Source: Bacillota bacterium
GTDB taxonomy: Bacteria; Bacillota; Clostridia; Oscillospirales; Acutalibacteraceae
NCBI GenBank assembly: GCA_023416955.1
Contig: JAEZGM010000038.1
Location: 18,648-82,647, forward strand
Length of the DNA: 64,000 bases
Direction: 5' to 3'
Both the position numbers and the translations under genes were made by a program. This document shows, one piece after another, positions 1 to 9,707 of this stretch. Within the stretch, counting starts at the first letter, position 1. Each line of letters opens with the position of its first letter. The notes below the pieces were generated by a model. The model saw only the letters and a program-made list of their open reading frames with translations. It ran no database searches and was not told the origin of the DNA.

Positions 1-342
1 ATCAGAAAAGCAATGCTCTACCCGCCGTTTTCCGATATCTGTATGGTCGGATTTGTCGGCGTGGCGGAAAGAACGGTCAGGAATGCGAGCCGGACTTTTT
101 TAAGCATACTCAGTCAGCTTGCGCAGAGTGAATATGACGACCAGCCACTGCGGGTTCTATCGCCAACCCCGGCACAGGTCAGCAAGGTAAGCAATAAATA
201 CCGGTATAAATTGATTGTTAAATGCCGTAACAGCCGCAGATTCCGCGAGATGACAGCCAGACTGCTGGTTGAGTTTTCCCGAAAGAAAGAGTATGGCAGT
301 GTTACAGTATTTGTAGATATGAATCCGGATTCAATTCTATAA
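1..342 (+). CDS. priA: Primosomal protein N' (PriA), C-terminal fragment; gene begins upstream of the window
   Basis: The frame is open from base 1 to TAA at 340-342. The C-terminal KYRYKLIVK-type segment is typical of PriA. priA-def-fmt synteny is conserved. Confidence 0.7.
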   Translation: MRKAMLYPPFSDICMVGFVGVAERTVRNASRTFLSILSQLAQSEYDDQPLRVLSPTPAQVSKVSNKYRYKLIVKCRNSRRFREMTARLLVEFSRKKEYGSVTVFVDMNPDSIL

Positions 343-356
343 TTGGAGGTATAAAT

Positions 357-830
357 ATGGCAATTCGAAACATTATAAAAGAAGGAGATCCTTTTTTAAA
401 TAAGACCTGCCGAGAGGTAGATAAATTTGATAGGAAGCTTTCTATTTTAATCGACGACATGGCTGAAACCATGGAGCAGGCGGACGGCGTTGGGCTGGCG
501 GCTATACAAGTAGGTGTTTTAAAACGAGTCATCGTAATTGATATCGGCGAGGGCCCGATTGAATTGGTAAATCCCGTGTTTTTGGAGCAAAGCGGGGAAC
601 AGGAGTGCGTGGAAGGCTGCCTGTCTTCGCCGGGCCAGTACGGCATTACAAAACGGCCGATGCATGTCAAGGTTCGCGCGCAGAACCGCAAAGGGGAATT
701 TTTTGAAATCGAAGGCGAAGAACTGCTGGCTACTGTTTGCTGTCATGAAATTGACCATCTGAACGGAATTCTGTTTAAGTCGCATGTGATCCGCATGTTG
801 GACAAGGAAGATCTGAAAAATCTAAAATAA
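357..830 (+). CDS. def: Peptide deformylase
   Basis: 157 aa with the three PDF motifs GVGLAAIQVG, EGCLS and HEIDHL. GGAGG lies 7 nt upstream of the ATG. Confidence 0.95.
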   Translation: MAIRNIIKEGDPFLNKTCREVDKFDRKLSILIDDMAETMEQADGVGLAAIQVGVLKRVIVIDIGEGPIELVNPVFLEQSGEQECVEGCLSSPGQYGITKRPMHVKVRAQNRKGEFFEIEGEELLATVCCHEIDHLNGILFKSHVIRMLDKEDLKNLK

Positions 831-844
831 CGGCAGGTGTTAAG

Positions 845-1771
845 ATGCAAATTGTATTTATGGGTACCCCGGAGTTTGCGGTGCCCAGTCTGGAAAGCCT
901 GATTCAGGCAAATCACACGGTATGCGGCGTTTTTACCCAGCCCGACAAACCGAAGGGCAGGGGCTATACCATGACTCCGCCGCCAGTTAAAGTTTGCGCG
1001 CTTGCGCATCAGGTTGAGGTTTATCAGCCTAAAACACTTCGAAATGAAGAAGCTGCCGAACTGATTCGCGGCTTGCGTCCCGATGTGATTGTCGTCGTTG
1101 CGTATGGAAAAATTCTTCCAAAAGAAATATTGGATATTCCGAAATACGGCTGCATCAATGTTCATGCTTCGCTTTTGCCGAAATACCGGGGCGCCGCACC
1201 GATTCAGTGGTCGGTGCTCAATGGGGATCAAATTACCGGTATTACGACGATGTACATGGCCGAAGGGATAGATACCGGTAACATGATCATGAAATCCAGC
1301 ACGGAAATCGCGCCGGACGAAACTGCGGGCGAGCTGCACGATCGGCTTTCCGTCATGGGCGGGGAGCTGATTGTGAGAACACTGCGCGCGGTGGAGGACG
1401 GTACGGCTGTCCGTACGCCGCAGTCGGAGGAAGAAACCTGCTACGCACCTATGCTGACCAAAGAGCTTTCCCGCATTGACTGGAATAAACCGGCGCAGGA
1501 AATTCATAATTTGGTCCGAGGCCTTTCGCCGTGGCCGGTTGCCAATACGCTTTTTAAGGATAAGCTTCTGAAAATATATCAGACTAAAATCATCGATGGT
1601 TTTTCCGGAAAGCCCGGTCAGGTGATTTCCTCGAATGGAATATTTTCCGTTTGCTGCGGGCAAAACAGCACGGTGGAACTGGTGGAAGTACAGCTGGAAG
1701 GTAAGAAACGGATGAGCGGGAAAGAGTTTCTGCTCGGGCATCCGCTCTCCGGCGAAATGATATTGCGCTAG
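845..1771 (+). CDS. fmt: Methionyl-tRNA formyltransferase
   Basis: 308 aa with a formyltransferase core (NVHASLLPKYRGAAPIQW) and a C-terminal Fmt domain. It lies directly after def. Confidence 0.95.
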   Translation: MQIVFMGTPEFAVPSLESLIQANHTVCGVFTQPDKPKGRGYTMTPPPVKVCALAHQVEVYQPKTLRNEEAAELIRGLRPDVIVVVAYGKILPKEILDIPKYGCINVHASLLPKYRGAAPIQWSVLNGDQITGITTMYMAEGIDTGNMIMKSSTEIAPDETAGELHDRLSVMGGELIVRTLRAVEDGTAVRTPQSEEETCYAPMLTKELSRIDWNKPAQEIHNLVRGLSPWPVANTLFKDKLLKIYQTKIIDGFSGKPGQVISSNGIFSVCCGQNSTVELVEVQLEGKKRMSGKEFLLGHPLSGEMILR

Positions 1772-1813
1772 GGCTTGTTTATAAGCAAGACCTTGTGGAA
1801 AGGAAGTGCTTTT

Positions 1814-2518
1814 ATGGGCTTTTACTATTTCAACTATACATATTTCATCTTTATCGTGCCTGCGCTGATTGTAACAATGATCGCACAGGTGCGGGTGAAA
1901 TCCGCGTTCAGTAAGTATTCCAAAATTGCGACCGCAAAGAATATGACGGGCGCTCAAACTGCGGACGCCGTCGCCCGTTTCGGCGGGGCGTTTGGTGTAC
2001 AGGTACAGCGAATTCCCGGTGAACTCAGCGATAATTTTGACCCTCGTACCAACGTAATCAGCCTTTCGGACGACGTGTATTCCGCTTCCAGCATTGCCGC
2101 GGTCGGAGTAGCCGCGCACGAAGCCGGTCATGCGATCCAGCATGCGAAAGGGTATTTCCCGAATAAGATCCGTTCCGCGCTTGTTCCGGTTACAAACATA
2201 GGATCAAGAATGGCAATGCCGATTGTTATTATTGGCCTGATTCTTCCGGTTCAATACGACTTTGTCGTTTATTTCGGCATCGCGCTGTACAGCCTAGCGG
2301 TACTGTTTCAGTTGGCCACGCTTCCTGTGGAGTTTAACGCAAGCCATCGTGCGGTCAAAGCGTTGGACGAGGCGGGCATTCTGTATCCTGATGAGCTGGA
2401 AGGCGCGAAGAAAGTGTTGATCGCGGCGGCTATGACATATCTTGCCGCAAGTTTTTCCGCAATCATGAACCTGCTCAGACTGTTGGTGATTGCGACCGGA
2501 CGACGGAGCAGAGACTGA
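1814..2518 (+). CDS. Membrane zinc metallopeptidase, YugP-like (Zn_peptidase_2 family)
   Basis: HEAGHAIQH zinc motif and several hydrophobic segments. I prefer ATG 1814 (GGAAAGGAAG upstream) to the track's TTG 1775. Confidence 0.8.
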   Translation: MGFYYFNYTYFIFIVPALIVTMIAQVRVKSAFSKYSKIATAKNMTGAQTADAVARFGGAFGVQVQRIPGELSDNFDPRTNVISLSDDVYSASSIAAVGVAAHEAGHAIQHAKGYFPNKIRSALVPVTNIGSRMAMPIVIIGLILPVQYDFVVYFGIALYSLAVLFQLATLPVEFNASHRAVKALDEAGILYPDELEGAKKVLIAAAMTYLAASFSAIMNLLRLLVIATGRRSRD

Positions 2519-3858
2519 TGAATAACGCAAGAACCGCCGCACTTTCTGCCCTGCTGCACGTAGACGTAAACGAAGGGTATTCCAATATTGTTTTGGATAA
2601 AACGCTGGCTTCGTTTCCAATGGAGCCGCGCGACAAAGCGCTTGCCTCTGCACTTTTTTATGGTGTGCTGGAACGGCGTATCACACTGGATTATATGCTG
2701 AGCAAATTTTCGAAAACAACTCTTTCAAAATTGGACGCCAAGGTGCTGGAAATATTGCGCCTTGGTGCTTACCAGATATTATATATGGAAAAAATACCGA
2801 AATCTGCGGCTGTGAACGAAGCTGTGATTCTCGCAAAGGAAAATAAGCTTGTAAAGGCATCTGGCTTTATCAACGCGGTGCTGCGTTCTCTGCTCCGGAA
2901 TCTTGACGCTTTGAAGCTGCCGGATGCGGAGAAGGAACCAACCGCATATTTGAGCGTGAAGTACTCCTACCCGGAATGGCTGATTGGCTTATGGCAGAAG
3001 GAATACGGCCCGGACTGTGCTATCGGGCTGCTGGAAAGCTCTTTGAATCGCCCACCGGTATTTGCCAGAGTGAATAATACGCTTATTTCCACGGAAAACC
3101 TGATTGAAAAGCTCACAGCTGAAGGTGTAAAGGCAACTCCCATTACTTGGCTTGATCATGCCATTTCTTTGGAACAAACGGGTGCGATCAGTGAATCCGA
3201 GTGTTTTCGTGAAGGACTTTTCCATATTCAGGATTTATCCTCCCAGCTTTGCTGTGCATTGCTGAATCCGCTTCCCGGGCAGCGGGTGATTGACGTCTGC
3301 TCCGCACCGGGCGGAAAGGCATTTACCGCCGCGGAGCGAATGGGAAACGAAGGGGAGCTTTTGGCCTTTGACCAGTATAAGGGAAAGGTTCGTCTGATTC
3401 GGCAGGGCGCGCAGCGTTTGCAGCTTTCCGTCATACAGGCGGAGGTGCGTGATGCCGCCGGCCCGGCGCAGTCTCTCGAACAGGCGGACAGGGTGCTTTG
3501 CGACGCGCCGTGTTCCGGCCTCGGAATTATCCGCAGAAAGCCCGAAATCAGGTATAAATCGCAGTCAAGTCTTGACAGTTTGCCTGATTTGCAGTACCGT
3601 ATTGTGTGTAAATCATCGAAACTTGTGAAAAGCGGAGGAATATTGATTTATTCCACCTGCACACTGAATCCAAAGGAAAACGATGAGGTAGCAGCAAAAT
3701 TTTTGGCAAATAACGAGGACTTTCGTCCATACCGGCTTTCTTTGCCGGACGCGCTTGTACGCGCGGTGAAGGAACCGGAGCATCAAATCACAATGATGCC
3801 GCATATTCACGGAACGGACGGGTTCTTTATTGCCGCTTTTCAAAAAAGGCAGGAGTGA
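2518..3858 (+). CDS. rsmB: 16S rRNA (cytosine967-C5)-methyltransferase RsmB
   Basis: 446 aa with a NusB-like N-domain plus a SAM methyltransferase domain (DVCSAPGGK, CDAPCSG, YSTCT). The ATG overlaps the preceding stop (ATGA). Confidence 0.9.
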   Translation: MNNARTAALSALLHVDVNEGYSNIVLDKTLASFPMEPRDKALASALFYGVLERRITLDYMLSKFSKTTLSKLDAKVLEILRLGAYQILYMEKIPKSAAVNEAVILAKENKLVKASGFINAVLRSLLRNLDALKLPDAEKEPTAYLSVKYSYPEWLIGLWQKEYGPDCAIGLLESSLNRPPVFARVNNTLISTENLIEKLTAEGVKATPITWLDHAISLEQTGAISESECFREGLFHIQDLSSQLCCALLNPLPGQRVIDVCSAPGGKAFTAAERMGNEGELLAFDQYKGKVRLIRQGAQRLQLSVIQAEVRDAAGPAQSLEQADRVLCDAPCSGLGIIRRKPEIRYKSQSSLDSLPDLQYRIVCKSSKLVKSGGILIYSTCTLNPKENDEVAAKFLANNEDFRPYRLSLPDALVRAVKEPEHQITMMPHIHGTDGFFIAAFQKRQE

Positions 3859-4925
3859 AATTTTTGAGTCTGCAGGATATGAAATCAATGTCCCTTGCGG
3901 AAATACAAGCCGACTTTGCCGCTGATGGCCAGCCGGCTTTCCGTGCTTTGCAGGTTTACCGCTGGCTGCAGCGCGGAGTGACGGACTTTGAGGAAATGTC
4001 TGACCAGTCCAAGGCGTTTCGCCAGAAACTGGCTGAAAAATATTACATAGCGAATGCTGTGGTTGAGAAAAAACAGGAATCCCGGCTTGACGATACGGTA
4101 AAGTATTTGTTCCGTCTGAACGACGGAGAGTTTGTGGAGAGCGTTCTGATGAGTTATCATCACGGGCATACCATCTGCATTTCAACACAGGTTGGCTGCC
4201 GTATGAATTGCTCGTTTTGCGCAACGGGGAAAAGCGGATTCTTGAGGAACCTGACGCCTTCCGAAATGCTGGCGCAGATTCAGTCCGCGCAGGTGGACGC
4301 CGGAATCAGAATTTCCAATGTTGTTATGATGGGAATGGGCGAACCGCTTGATAATTATGAAAACGTGCTGCGTTTTTTAGAGCTTGTTTCCTCAGACGAA
4401 GGGCTGAATATCGGAATGCGACACATTTCGCTTTCTACTTGTGGTATCGTAGATAAGATATATGACCTTGCAGACAGAAAGCTGCAGCTGACGCTTTCCA
4501 TTTCCCTGCACGCACCGAATGATGAAATCCGTACGCGCACGATGCCGGTGAACCGCAGGTGGAATATGGACGAACTTTTAAAAGCCTGCCGGTATTACGG
4601 AAAGCAGACCGGCCGGCGTATTTCTTTTGAATACGCAATGATCAGCGGGGTAAACGACGGCGATGATTGCGCGCGGCAGCTTGCCTCCCGATTAAAGGGA
4701 ACGCTCAGCCACGTCAATTTGATTCCCATTAACAGCGTCAACGGTTCAGAATATAAAAAGAGCACCAATGAACGAATACAGAAGTTCAGCCGGATTTTGT
4801 CGAACAGCGGAATCACCGCAACAGTTCGGCGCACGCTCGGTTCTGACATCGATGCTTCTTGCGGACAGCTGCGGCGCAGGCATCATGAGGAGGTGGCAAC
4901 TGTTGAAAGTATACATGAAGAGTGA
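3855..4925 (+). CDS. rlmN: 23S rRNA/tRNA (adenine-C2)-methyltransferase RlmN, radical SAM
   Basis: Radical-SAM motif CRMNCSFCATG and a C-terminal catalytic Cys (DASCGQL). The start is uncertain: GTG 3855, TTG 3864 or ATG 3879. Confidence 0.9.
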   Translation: MKFLSLQDMKSMSLAEIQADFAADGQPAFRALQVYRWLQRGVTDFEEMSDQSKAFRQKLAEKYYIANAVVEKKQESRLDDTVKYLFRLNDGEFVESVLMSYHHGHTICISTQVGCRMNCSFCATGKSGFLRNLTPSEMLAQIQSAQVDAGIRISNVVMMGMGEPLDNYENVLRFLELVSSDEGLNIGMRHISLSTCGIVDKIYDLADRKLQLTLSISLHAPNDEIRTRTMPVNRRWNMDELLKACRYYGKQTGRRISFEYAMISGVNDGDDCARQLASRLKGTLSHVNLIPINSVNGSEYKKSTNERIQKFSRILSNSGITATVRRTLGSDIDASCGQLRRRHHEEVATVESIHEE

Positions 4926-5631
4926 CATCGGTTTGGTGAGGGAAACGAATCAGGACGCCTGTCAAAGCGGCAAGTACTCTGAAAATTCAGCGTGGGTTGT
5001 TGTCTGTGACGGAATGGGCGGAGCGAACGGCGGAAATATTGCGAGCGGCGTTGCCGTCAGCCGGATTTCGGAGCGGTTGGCCGCTTCCTATGAAAAGATA
5101 TTTACTAAGGAATCAACGAAAGAATTGCTTCTCTCTTCCATTGCGGATGCAAACATGGAGGTACATGCCATGGCGTCGGCCGATGCAAAGCTCAACGGGA
5201 TGGGAACAACGGTGGTTGCGGCAATTGTTACCGATGGCGCGGCTCATATTGCTCATGCCGGTGACAGCAGGGCCTATGTGATTACTGATGAAGAAATCCG
5301 GCAGCTCACCACAGACCATTCCATGGTTCAGGAAATGCTGAACAACGGTGAAATTACGCAGGAGCAGGCAAAACTGCATCCCCAAAAAAATATTATTACC
5401 CGTGCGCTCGGCGTCGACACTTCCATTAATATTGATTATTGTGAAGTACCTTTTTCACACGGGAATCTTCTGCTGATCTGTACAGATGGCCTTACGAACT
5501 ATATGGACGCGGAACAGATTTTTCAGTTGTCCCGCCAAATGAGCGCACAGGCCCTGACAGACGAACTGATCGCACAGGCGAAAAATGCCGGAGGCGGCGA
5601 CAATATTACGGTTGCCATTGTCGAAAATTGA
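4903..5631 (+). CDS. prpC: PP2C-family Ser/Thr protein phosphatase (PrpC/Stp)
   Basis: PP2C motifs VCDGMGG, GDSRAY and TDGL...GGGDNITV. GAGGAGG lies 9 nt before TTG 4903, and ATG 4915 is an alternative. The upstream part of the track ORF overlaps rlmN. Confidence 0.9.
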   Translation: MKVYMKSDIGLVRETNQDACQSGKYSENSAWVVVCDGMGGANGGNIASGVAVSRISERLAASYEKIFTKESTKELLLSSIADANMEVHAMASADAKLNGMGTTVVAAIVTDGAAHIAHAGDSRAYVITDEEIRQLTTDHSMVQEMLNNGEITQEQAKLHPQKNIITRALGVDTSINIDYCEVPFSHGNLLLICTDGLTNYMDAEQIFQLSRQMSAQALTDELIAQAKNAGGGDNITVAIVEN

Positions 5632-5653
5632 CAGTTGATTGGAGTGGATTGCT

Positions 5654-7675
5654 ATGGATAAATACACAGGGAAAAGGCTCGATAGCCGCTATGAAATCCA
5701 TGAGTTAATCGGAGTCGGCGGCATGGCGGTAGTTTATCGCGCGTATGACACCATTGACGACCGGATAGTTGCAATAAAAATTTTAAAAGATGAATTTTTG
5801 GACAACGACGAATTTATTCGCCGTTTTAAAAATGAGTCCAAAGCGATTGCGGTTTTGTCGCACCCGAACATTGTAAAAGTGTTTGATGTAAGCTTTGGTG
5901 ATAGAATTCAATATATTGTTGAGGAATTTATTGACGGTATTACGCTGAAGGAGTACCTCGACCAGCAGAAAGAAGTAAAATGGAAGGAAGCAATCCATTT
6001 TACCGTACAAATACTGCGCGCTTTGCAGCATGCCCATGAAAAAGGCATTGTTCACCGCGATATTAAGCCGCAGAATATTATGCTTTTGCAGGACGGCACC
6101 ATTAAGGTAACCGATTTTGGAATTGCGCGCTTTTCAAGAAATGAAACCCGCACCATGACCGATAAAGCCATCGGGTCCGTTCACTATATTTCGCCCGAAC
6201 AGGCGCGGGGTGATTTAACCGACGAAAAGGCAGATCTTTATTCCGTCGGCGTAATGCTGTATGAGATGATCACCGGACGCCTTCCATTTGAAGCGGATAA
6301 CGCTGTTTCTGTTGCGATTATGCAGCTTCAGGCCGACCCGAAGCCGCCGCGGGAAATTAATCCCGCTATTCCAGAGGGGCTTGAAGAAATCACTTTGAAA
6401 GCAATGCAGAAGAACCCCGCGCAGCGCTATCAGTCCGCCGCTGAAATGCTGCGCGACATTGAAGCGTTTCGGAAAAACCCCAGCATCAGCTTTCAGTACA
6501 AATACTTTATCGACGAGAAGCCGACAAAATATATTGACGCCATCAACGCGGTTAAAAACACGGAGCAGCCGGTATATAACGATAATTATGTTTACGAAGA
6601 AGAGTTGGACGCTTCCGTACCGAAAAAGAAAAAGAACACTGCACTGATTGTCGTTGCCGGCATCATGGCCGCGTTTTTAATTGTGGCGCTCGGTTTTGGA
6701 ATTGCGGCTCTGGTTCATAATTTCAATAGTAAAGCAGCTGAAATTCCGGTGCCTTCTTTCGTGGGAAAACCCTATACAGATATTCAGGCGAACGAAGAAT
6801 ATCAGAGTAAATTTCATTTCATAACAAAGACGGAGAATGATGCTACAAAAGCGACGGGAATTGTTTTAAGCCAGGATCCAAAAGATGGTACGATGGTTCA
6901 ATCGGGGTCTGACGTCACGCTTGTCATTAACAGCGGCGGAAAATCTTTTTCGCTGCCGGATTTATCTAAACAAACGCAGGACGAGGCAATTGCGGCTTTA
7001 AAGCAGCTGAATTTGAAATACAAAGTAGTTCCCGGAGAAAATGATACCATACCGAAGGGTCAGGTCATCAATACAAACCCGCCCGCGGGGACACAGGTGA
7101 TTGAAGGTACGACAGAGGTACAGCTCTATGTAAGCACCGGCCCTGCCAATGTGCAGGTTGCGGTTCCGGCTGTCATTAATATGCCGCTTTCTGACGCAAG
7201 AAACGCCATTGTCGCGGCGGGACTGACCGTTGGGGAAGTGACTACCCGTGACGACAGCGACAGTGCGAAAGATACCGTACTGGAGTCCTCTCCGCTTCCC
7301 GGCGTAAAGCTCGACAAGGGCAGCTCCGTGAATCTGGTGGTCAGCTCCGGCGTGAAGCCAACCACAACGATTACGGTTTATGTCAACCTGCCGAAGGATG
7401 TGACGCATGATATCGAGCTAAAAGCGTACCTCGGCAATGAACTGCAAACGCAAAAAACGGTGAATCCGTCATACAACGATATTTTCCCGATCAGTGTGCA
7501 GGGAACAAGCGGCAAGCAGCAGCTGATTGTGGAGCTGGACGGAAAGAAATACAACGTATTCAGTTTGGATTTTGAAACAGGAAAGTCAACGTCGGTTGAA
7601 AGCTATCCTTATTCATCCAGCAGTCAGGCAAGCAGCGAACAGAACCAGAGCGGTTCGATTTCGCCGTCAGATTGA
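5654..7675 (+). CDS. prkC: Ser/Thr protein kinase with PASTA repeats (PrkC)
   Basis: Hanks kinase motifs (GVGGMAVVY, HRDIKPQN, DFG, SPEQ), one TM segment, three PASTA-like repeats and a C-terminal Ig-like, Ser-rich tail. Confidence 0.92.
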   Translation: MDKYTGKRLDSRYEIHELIGVGGMAVVYRAYDTIDDRIVAIKILKDEFLDNDEFIRRFKNESKAIAVLSHPNIVKVFDVSFGDRIQYIVEEFIDGITLKEYLDQQKEVKWKEAIHFTVQILRALQHAHEKGIVHRDIKPQNIMLLQDGTIKVTDFGIARFSRNETRTMTDKAIGSVHYISPEQARGDLTDEKADLYSVGVMLYEMITGRLPFEADNAVSVAIMQLQADPKPPREINPAIPEGLEEITLKAMQKNPAQRYQSAAEMLRDIEAFRKNPSISFQYKYFIDEKPTKYIDAINAVKNTEQPVYNDNYVYEEELDASVPKKKKNTALIVVAGIMAAFLIVALGFGIAALVHNFNSKAAEIPVPSFVGKPYTDIQANEEYQSKFHFITKTENDATKATGIVLSQDPKDGTMVQSGSDVTLVINSGGKSFSLPDLSKQTQDEAIAALKQLNLKYKVVPGENDTIPKGQVINTNPPAGTQVIEGTTEVQLYVSTGPANVQVAVPAVINMPLSDARNAIVAAGLTVGEVTTRDDSDSAKDTVLESSPLPGVKLDKGSSVNLVVSSGVKPTTTITVYVNLPKDVTHDIELKAYLGNELQTQKTVNPSYNDIFPISVQGTSGKQQLIVELDGKKYNVFSLDFETGKSTSVESYPYSSSSQASSEQNQSGSISPSD

Positions 7676-8568
7676 TGAATATGAAGATGGAAAATGGGCT
7701 TATCGTAAAGGGAATCGGCGGCTTCTATTATGTGGAGGCCGCCGATACCGTCTATGAATGTAAGGCCAGAGGAATATTTCGAAAAGACAAGATTACCCCC
7801 GTCGTAGGCGACCATGTTGCAATTTCCATTGACGCTGGCGGGACAGGCTCTATTGACGCGATTTTGCCGCACAAGAATTCGCTGATTCGACCCCCGGTTG
7901 CCAATATTGACACCCTGGTCGTTGTCGTTTCTATCTGTGATCCTTCACCGAGCACGCTGATTATTGATAAAACAATCGCCGCCGCTGAGGACAAAGGGAT
8001 TGAACCGGTGGTGGTAATCTCCAAAACCGATTTGGAGGACTCCCAATGGCTGCAGGATATTTACAGCAAAACCGGACTTCGCTTGTTTACGGTTTCTTCC
8101 AGAACGGGGGAAGGCGTTGAAGAGGTTAGGACGCTTTTACACGGAAAAATTACGGCTTTTACCGGAAATTCAGGCGTCGGGAAATCTTCATTACTGAATC
8201 AGATTGACGAACGGTTGCAGCTTCCCACCGGGGAAATCAGCCAAAAGCTCGGCCGCGGTCGGCATACGACACGGCAGGTGGAACTGATTAAGCTGGAGGA
8301 GGGTACTTATGTTGCCGATACGCCGGGTTTTTCCTCCATACAGATAGAACGCTATGATATTGTAAAAAAAGAAAACCTGCAGTATTGTTTCCGGGAATTT
8401 GAACCTTACCTGAATCAGTGCAAATTCAGCTCCTGTTCGCACACCGGCGAAAAAGGCTGCGCGGTGATCCGCGCGGTTGAGGACGGTGTGATCAGTGAGT
8501 CACGGCACCGGAATTATATTGCAATGTATAACGAAGTAAAAGGTATTAAGGAATGGAACCTAAAATGA
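7672..8568 (+). CDS. rsgA: Ribosome small-subunit-dependent GTPase A
   Basis: Circularly permuted GTPase (SKTDL ... GNSGVGKSSL) with a C-terminal Cys/His zinc cluster (CKFSSCSHTGEKGC). Several in-frame starts lie between 7672 and 7687. Confidence 0.92.
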   Translation: MMNMKMENGLIVKGIGGFYYVEAADTVYECKARGIFRKDKITPVVGDHVAISIDAGGTGSIDAILPHKNSLIRPPVANIDTLVVVVSICDPSPSTLIIDKTIAAAEDKGIEPVVVISKTDLEDSQWLQDIYSKTGLRLFTVSSRTGEGVEEVRTLLHGKITAFTGNSGVGKSSLLNQIDERLQLPTGEISQKLGRGRHTTRQVELIKLEEGTYVADTPGFSSIQIERYDIVKKENLQYCFREFEPYLNQCKFSSCSHTGEKGCAVIRAVEDGVISESRHRNYIAMYNEVKGIKEWNLK

Positions 8569-9188
8569 ACCGGTGTGTTATCATAGGCTCTTCGCCGGAA
8601 GTCTGCGAGGGCGATTTTGAAGAGCTTAACCAGGAAAACGTTTTTATTATCTGTGCGGACGGCGGATACGACAGCGTTCGGCGCCACTATGTGAATCCGG
8701 ATTTATTGATCGGTGATTTTGACTCCGTCCTTGGGGAATTGCCTGCCGGGGTTGAAACCATTCGCCTAGATGCCGAAAAAGACGATACCGATATGATGGC
8801 GGCGATACGGATTGCCTTGCAAAGGGGTTATAGGGACTTTGTTTTGCTGGGCGGTCTCGGAGGCCGGATTGATCATTCGTTCGCCAATTTCTGCGCGCTT
8901 CAGTATCTGGCTCGGCAGGGCTGCTCCGCTTGCCTGAAAGGGAAGGATTGTGCCGTCTATTTTCAAGATATCGGTATATTGCCCCTCGATGATCTTGGAG
9001 GAAAGACGGTATCGCTTTTTCCGTTCGGCGCACCTTCTTGCACGGTAACTTATCGAGGCCTCAAATATCCTTTGTATAAACATAAGCTGACTTCTGACTA
9101 CGCAATGGGTGTCAGCAATATCGTCGTCGATGACCGCGCGGAAATACGAGTTCACGACGGGAGCGCGCTCATAATGGTAATGAGATAA
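8565..9188 (+). CDS. thiN: Thiamine pyrophosphokinase
   Basis: TPK motifs ADGG...IGDFDS and EKDDTD plus a C-terminal B1-binding domain. The ATG overlaps the rsgA stop (ATGA). The position matches Bacillus yloS. Confidence 0.8.
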   Translation: MNRCVIIGSSPEVCEGDFEELNQENVFIICADGGYDSVRRHYVNPDLLIGDFDSVLGELPAGVETIRLDAEKDDTDMMAAIRIALQRGYRDFVLLGGLGGRIDHSFANFCALQYLARQGCSACLKGKDCAVYFQDIGILPLDDLGGKTVSLFPFGAPSCTVTYRGLKYPLYKHKLTSDYAMGVSNIVVDDRAEIRVHDGSALIMVMR

Positions 9189-9252
9189 TCGCACCAAATT
9201 CGCCTGACCGGAATATACTGGGTTATAAGAAAGAGGTTAGGCGGTGGTTTGA

Positions 9253-9411
9253 ATGCGGCGGCGCTGCGGTGGCGGCGGTCATAATGTGGGAAAACTGGCG
9301 GTCGCGTTTGGAATCGGGCTGATTCTCTCTTGTTTTTGCCCACCTGCACTGATGATGTTTATTATTGCTGTCATCATTATAGTGTTGGGCATTGCACTGT
9401 TTCGGTGCTGA
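9253..9411 (+). CDS. Candidate 52-aa Cys-containing two-TM micro-protein (not in ORF track)
   Basis: The ORF reads MRRRCGGGGHNVGKLAVAFGIGLILSCFCPPALMMFIIAVIIIVLGIALFRC, with two hydrophobic helices. It ends 22 nt before spoVM. The RBS is weak or distant (AAGAGG, 16 nt upstream). Confidence 0.35.
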   Translation: MRRRCGGGGHNVGKLAVAFGIGLILSCFCPPALMMFIIAVIIIVLGIALFRC

Positions 9412-9433
9412 ACATAATTAGGAGGTCGGCGTT

Positions 9434-9514
9434 ATGAAAGTAGTCATTGTTAAGAGCGGAAAATTCCTGGGATTCGTACTTCGCAGAGTTTTTAATATTA
9501 AAAAGGAACAGTAA
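9434..9514 (+). CDS. spoVM: Stage V sporulation protein M (26-aa amphipathic peptide; not in ORF track)
   Basis: The peptide is MKVVIVKSGKFLGFVLRRVFNIKKEQ, against B. subtilis SpoVM MKFYTIKLPKFLGGIVRAMLGSFRKD. The length is the same and K-KFLG--(I/V)-R is shared. AGGAGG lies 8 nt upstream. The locus is the same as in Bacillus (after thiN/yloS). Confidence 0.75.
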   Translation: MKVVIVKSGKFLGFVLRRVFNIKKEQ

Positions 9515-9521
9515 ACAATCA

Positions 9522-9553
9522 GTACCGGCTGCAATCGCAGCCGGTACTTTTTT
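9522..9553 (+). terminator. Rho-independent terminator after spoVM
   Basis: GTACCGGCTGC-aatc-GCAGCCGGTAC forms an 11-bp stem followed by TTTTTT. Confidence 0.8.
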
Positions 9554-9636
9554 GTAGTGCGAAGTTCTCCGGCTATGCCGGGGGATTTGAAAAACTTTCG
9601 CATTGAGTAAGAAGGCCCAGTTACCCCGCTCATTTT

Positions 9637-9707
9637 TATAGTCAGTTCGCTTTAGAAAGGATCCAAGAAAATGGAGATTGGCTCTGTTTTCAAATTAAAT
9701 GACTATA
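9637..9707 (-). repeat. Hairpin repeat family 1 (MITE/REP-like), copy A, 71 bp
   Basis: Its reverse complement matches copy C (14097-14167) at 63 of 71 positions by hand alignment. The imperfect terminal inverted repeats are about 22 nt and begin TATAGTCAGTT. Confidence 0.85.

Noticed and set aside
743-2143. A 466-aa ORF on the minus strand spanning the def 3' end, all of fmt and the start of the Zn-peptidase gene.
   Set aside because: It is entirely antisense to three genes with strong motif support. Its product is Arg/Phe/His-rich with no recognisable domain. It has no RBS or promoter context. I read it as a shadow ORF of the sense frame.
9418-9633. A 71-aa minus-strand ORF overlapping spoVM.
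   Set aside because: It is antisense to spoVM and its terminator. It has no RBS and no recognisable features. The spoVM reading has an RBS, a terminator, homology and synteny.
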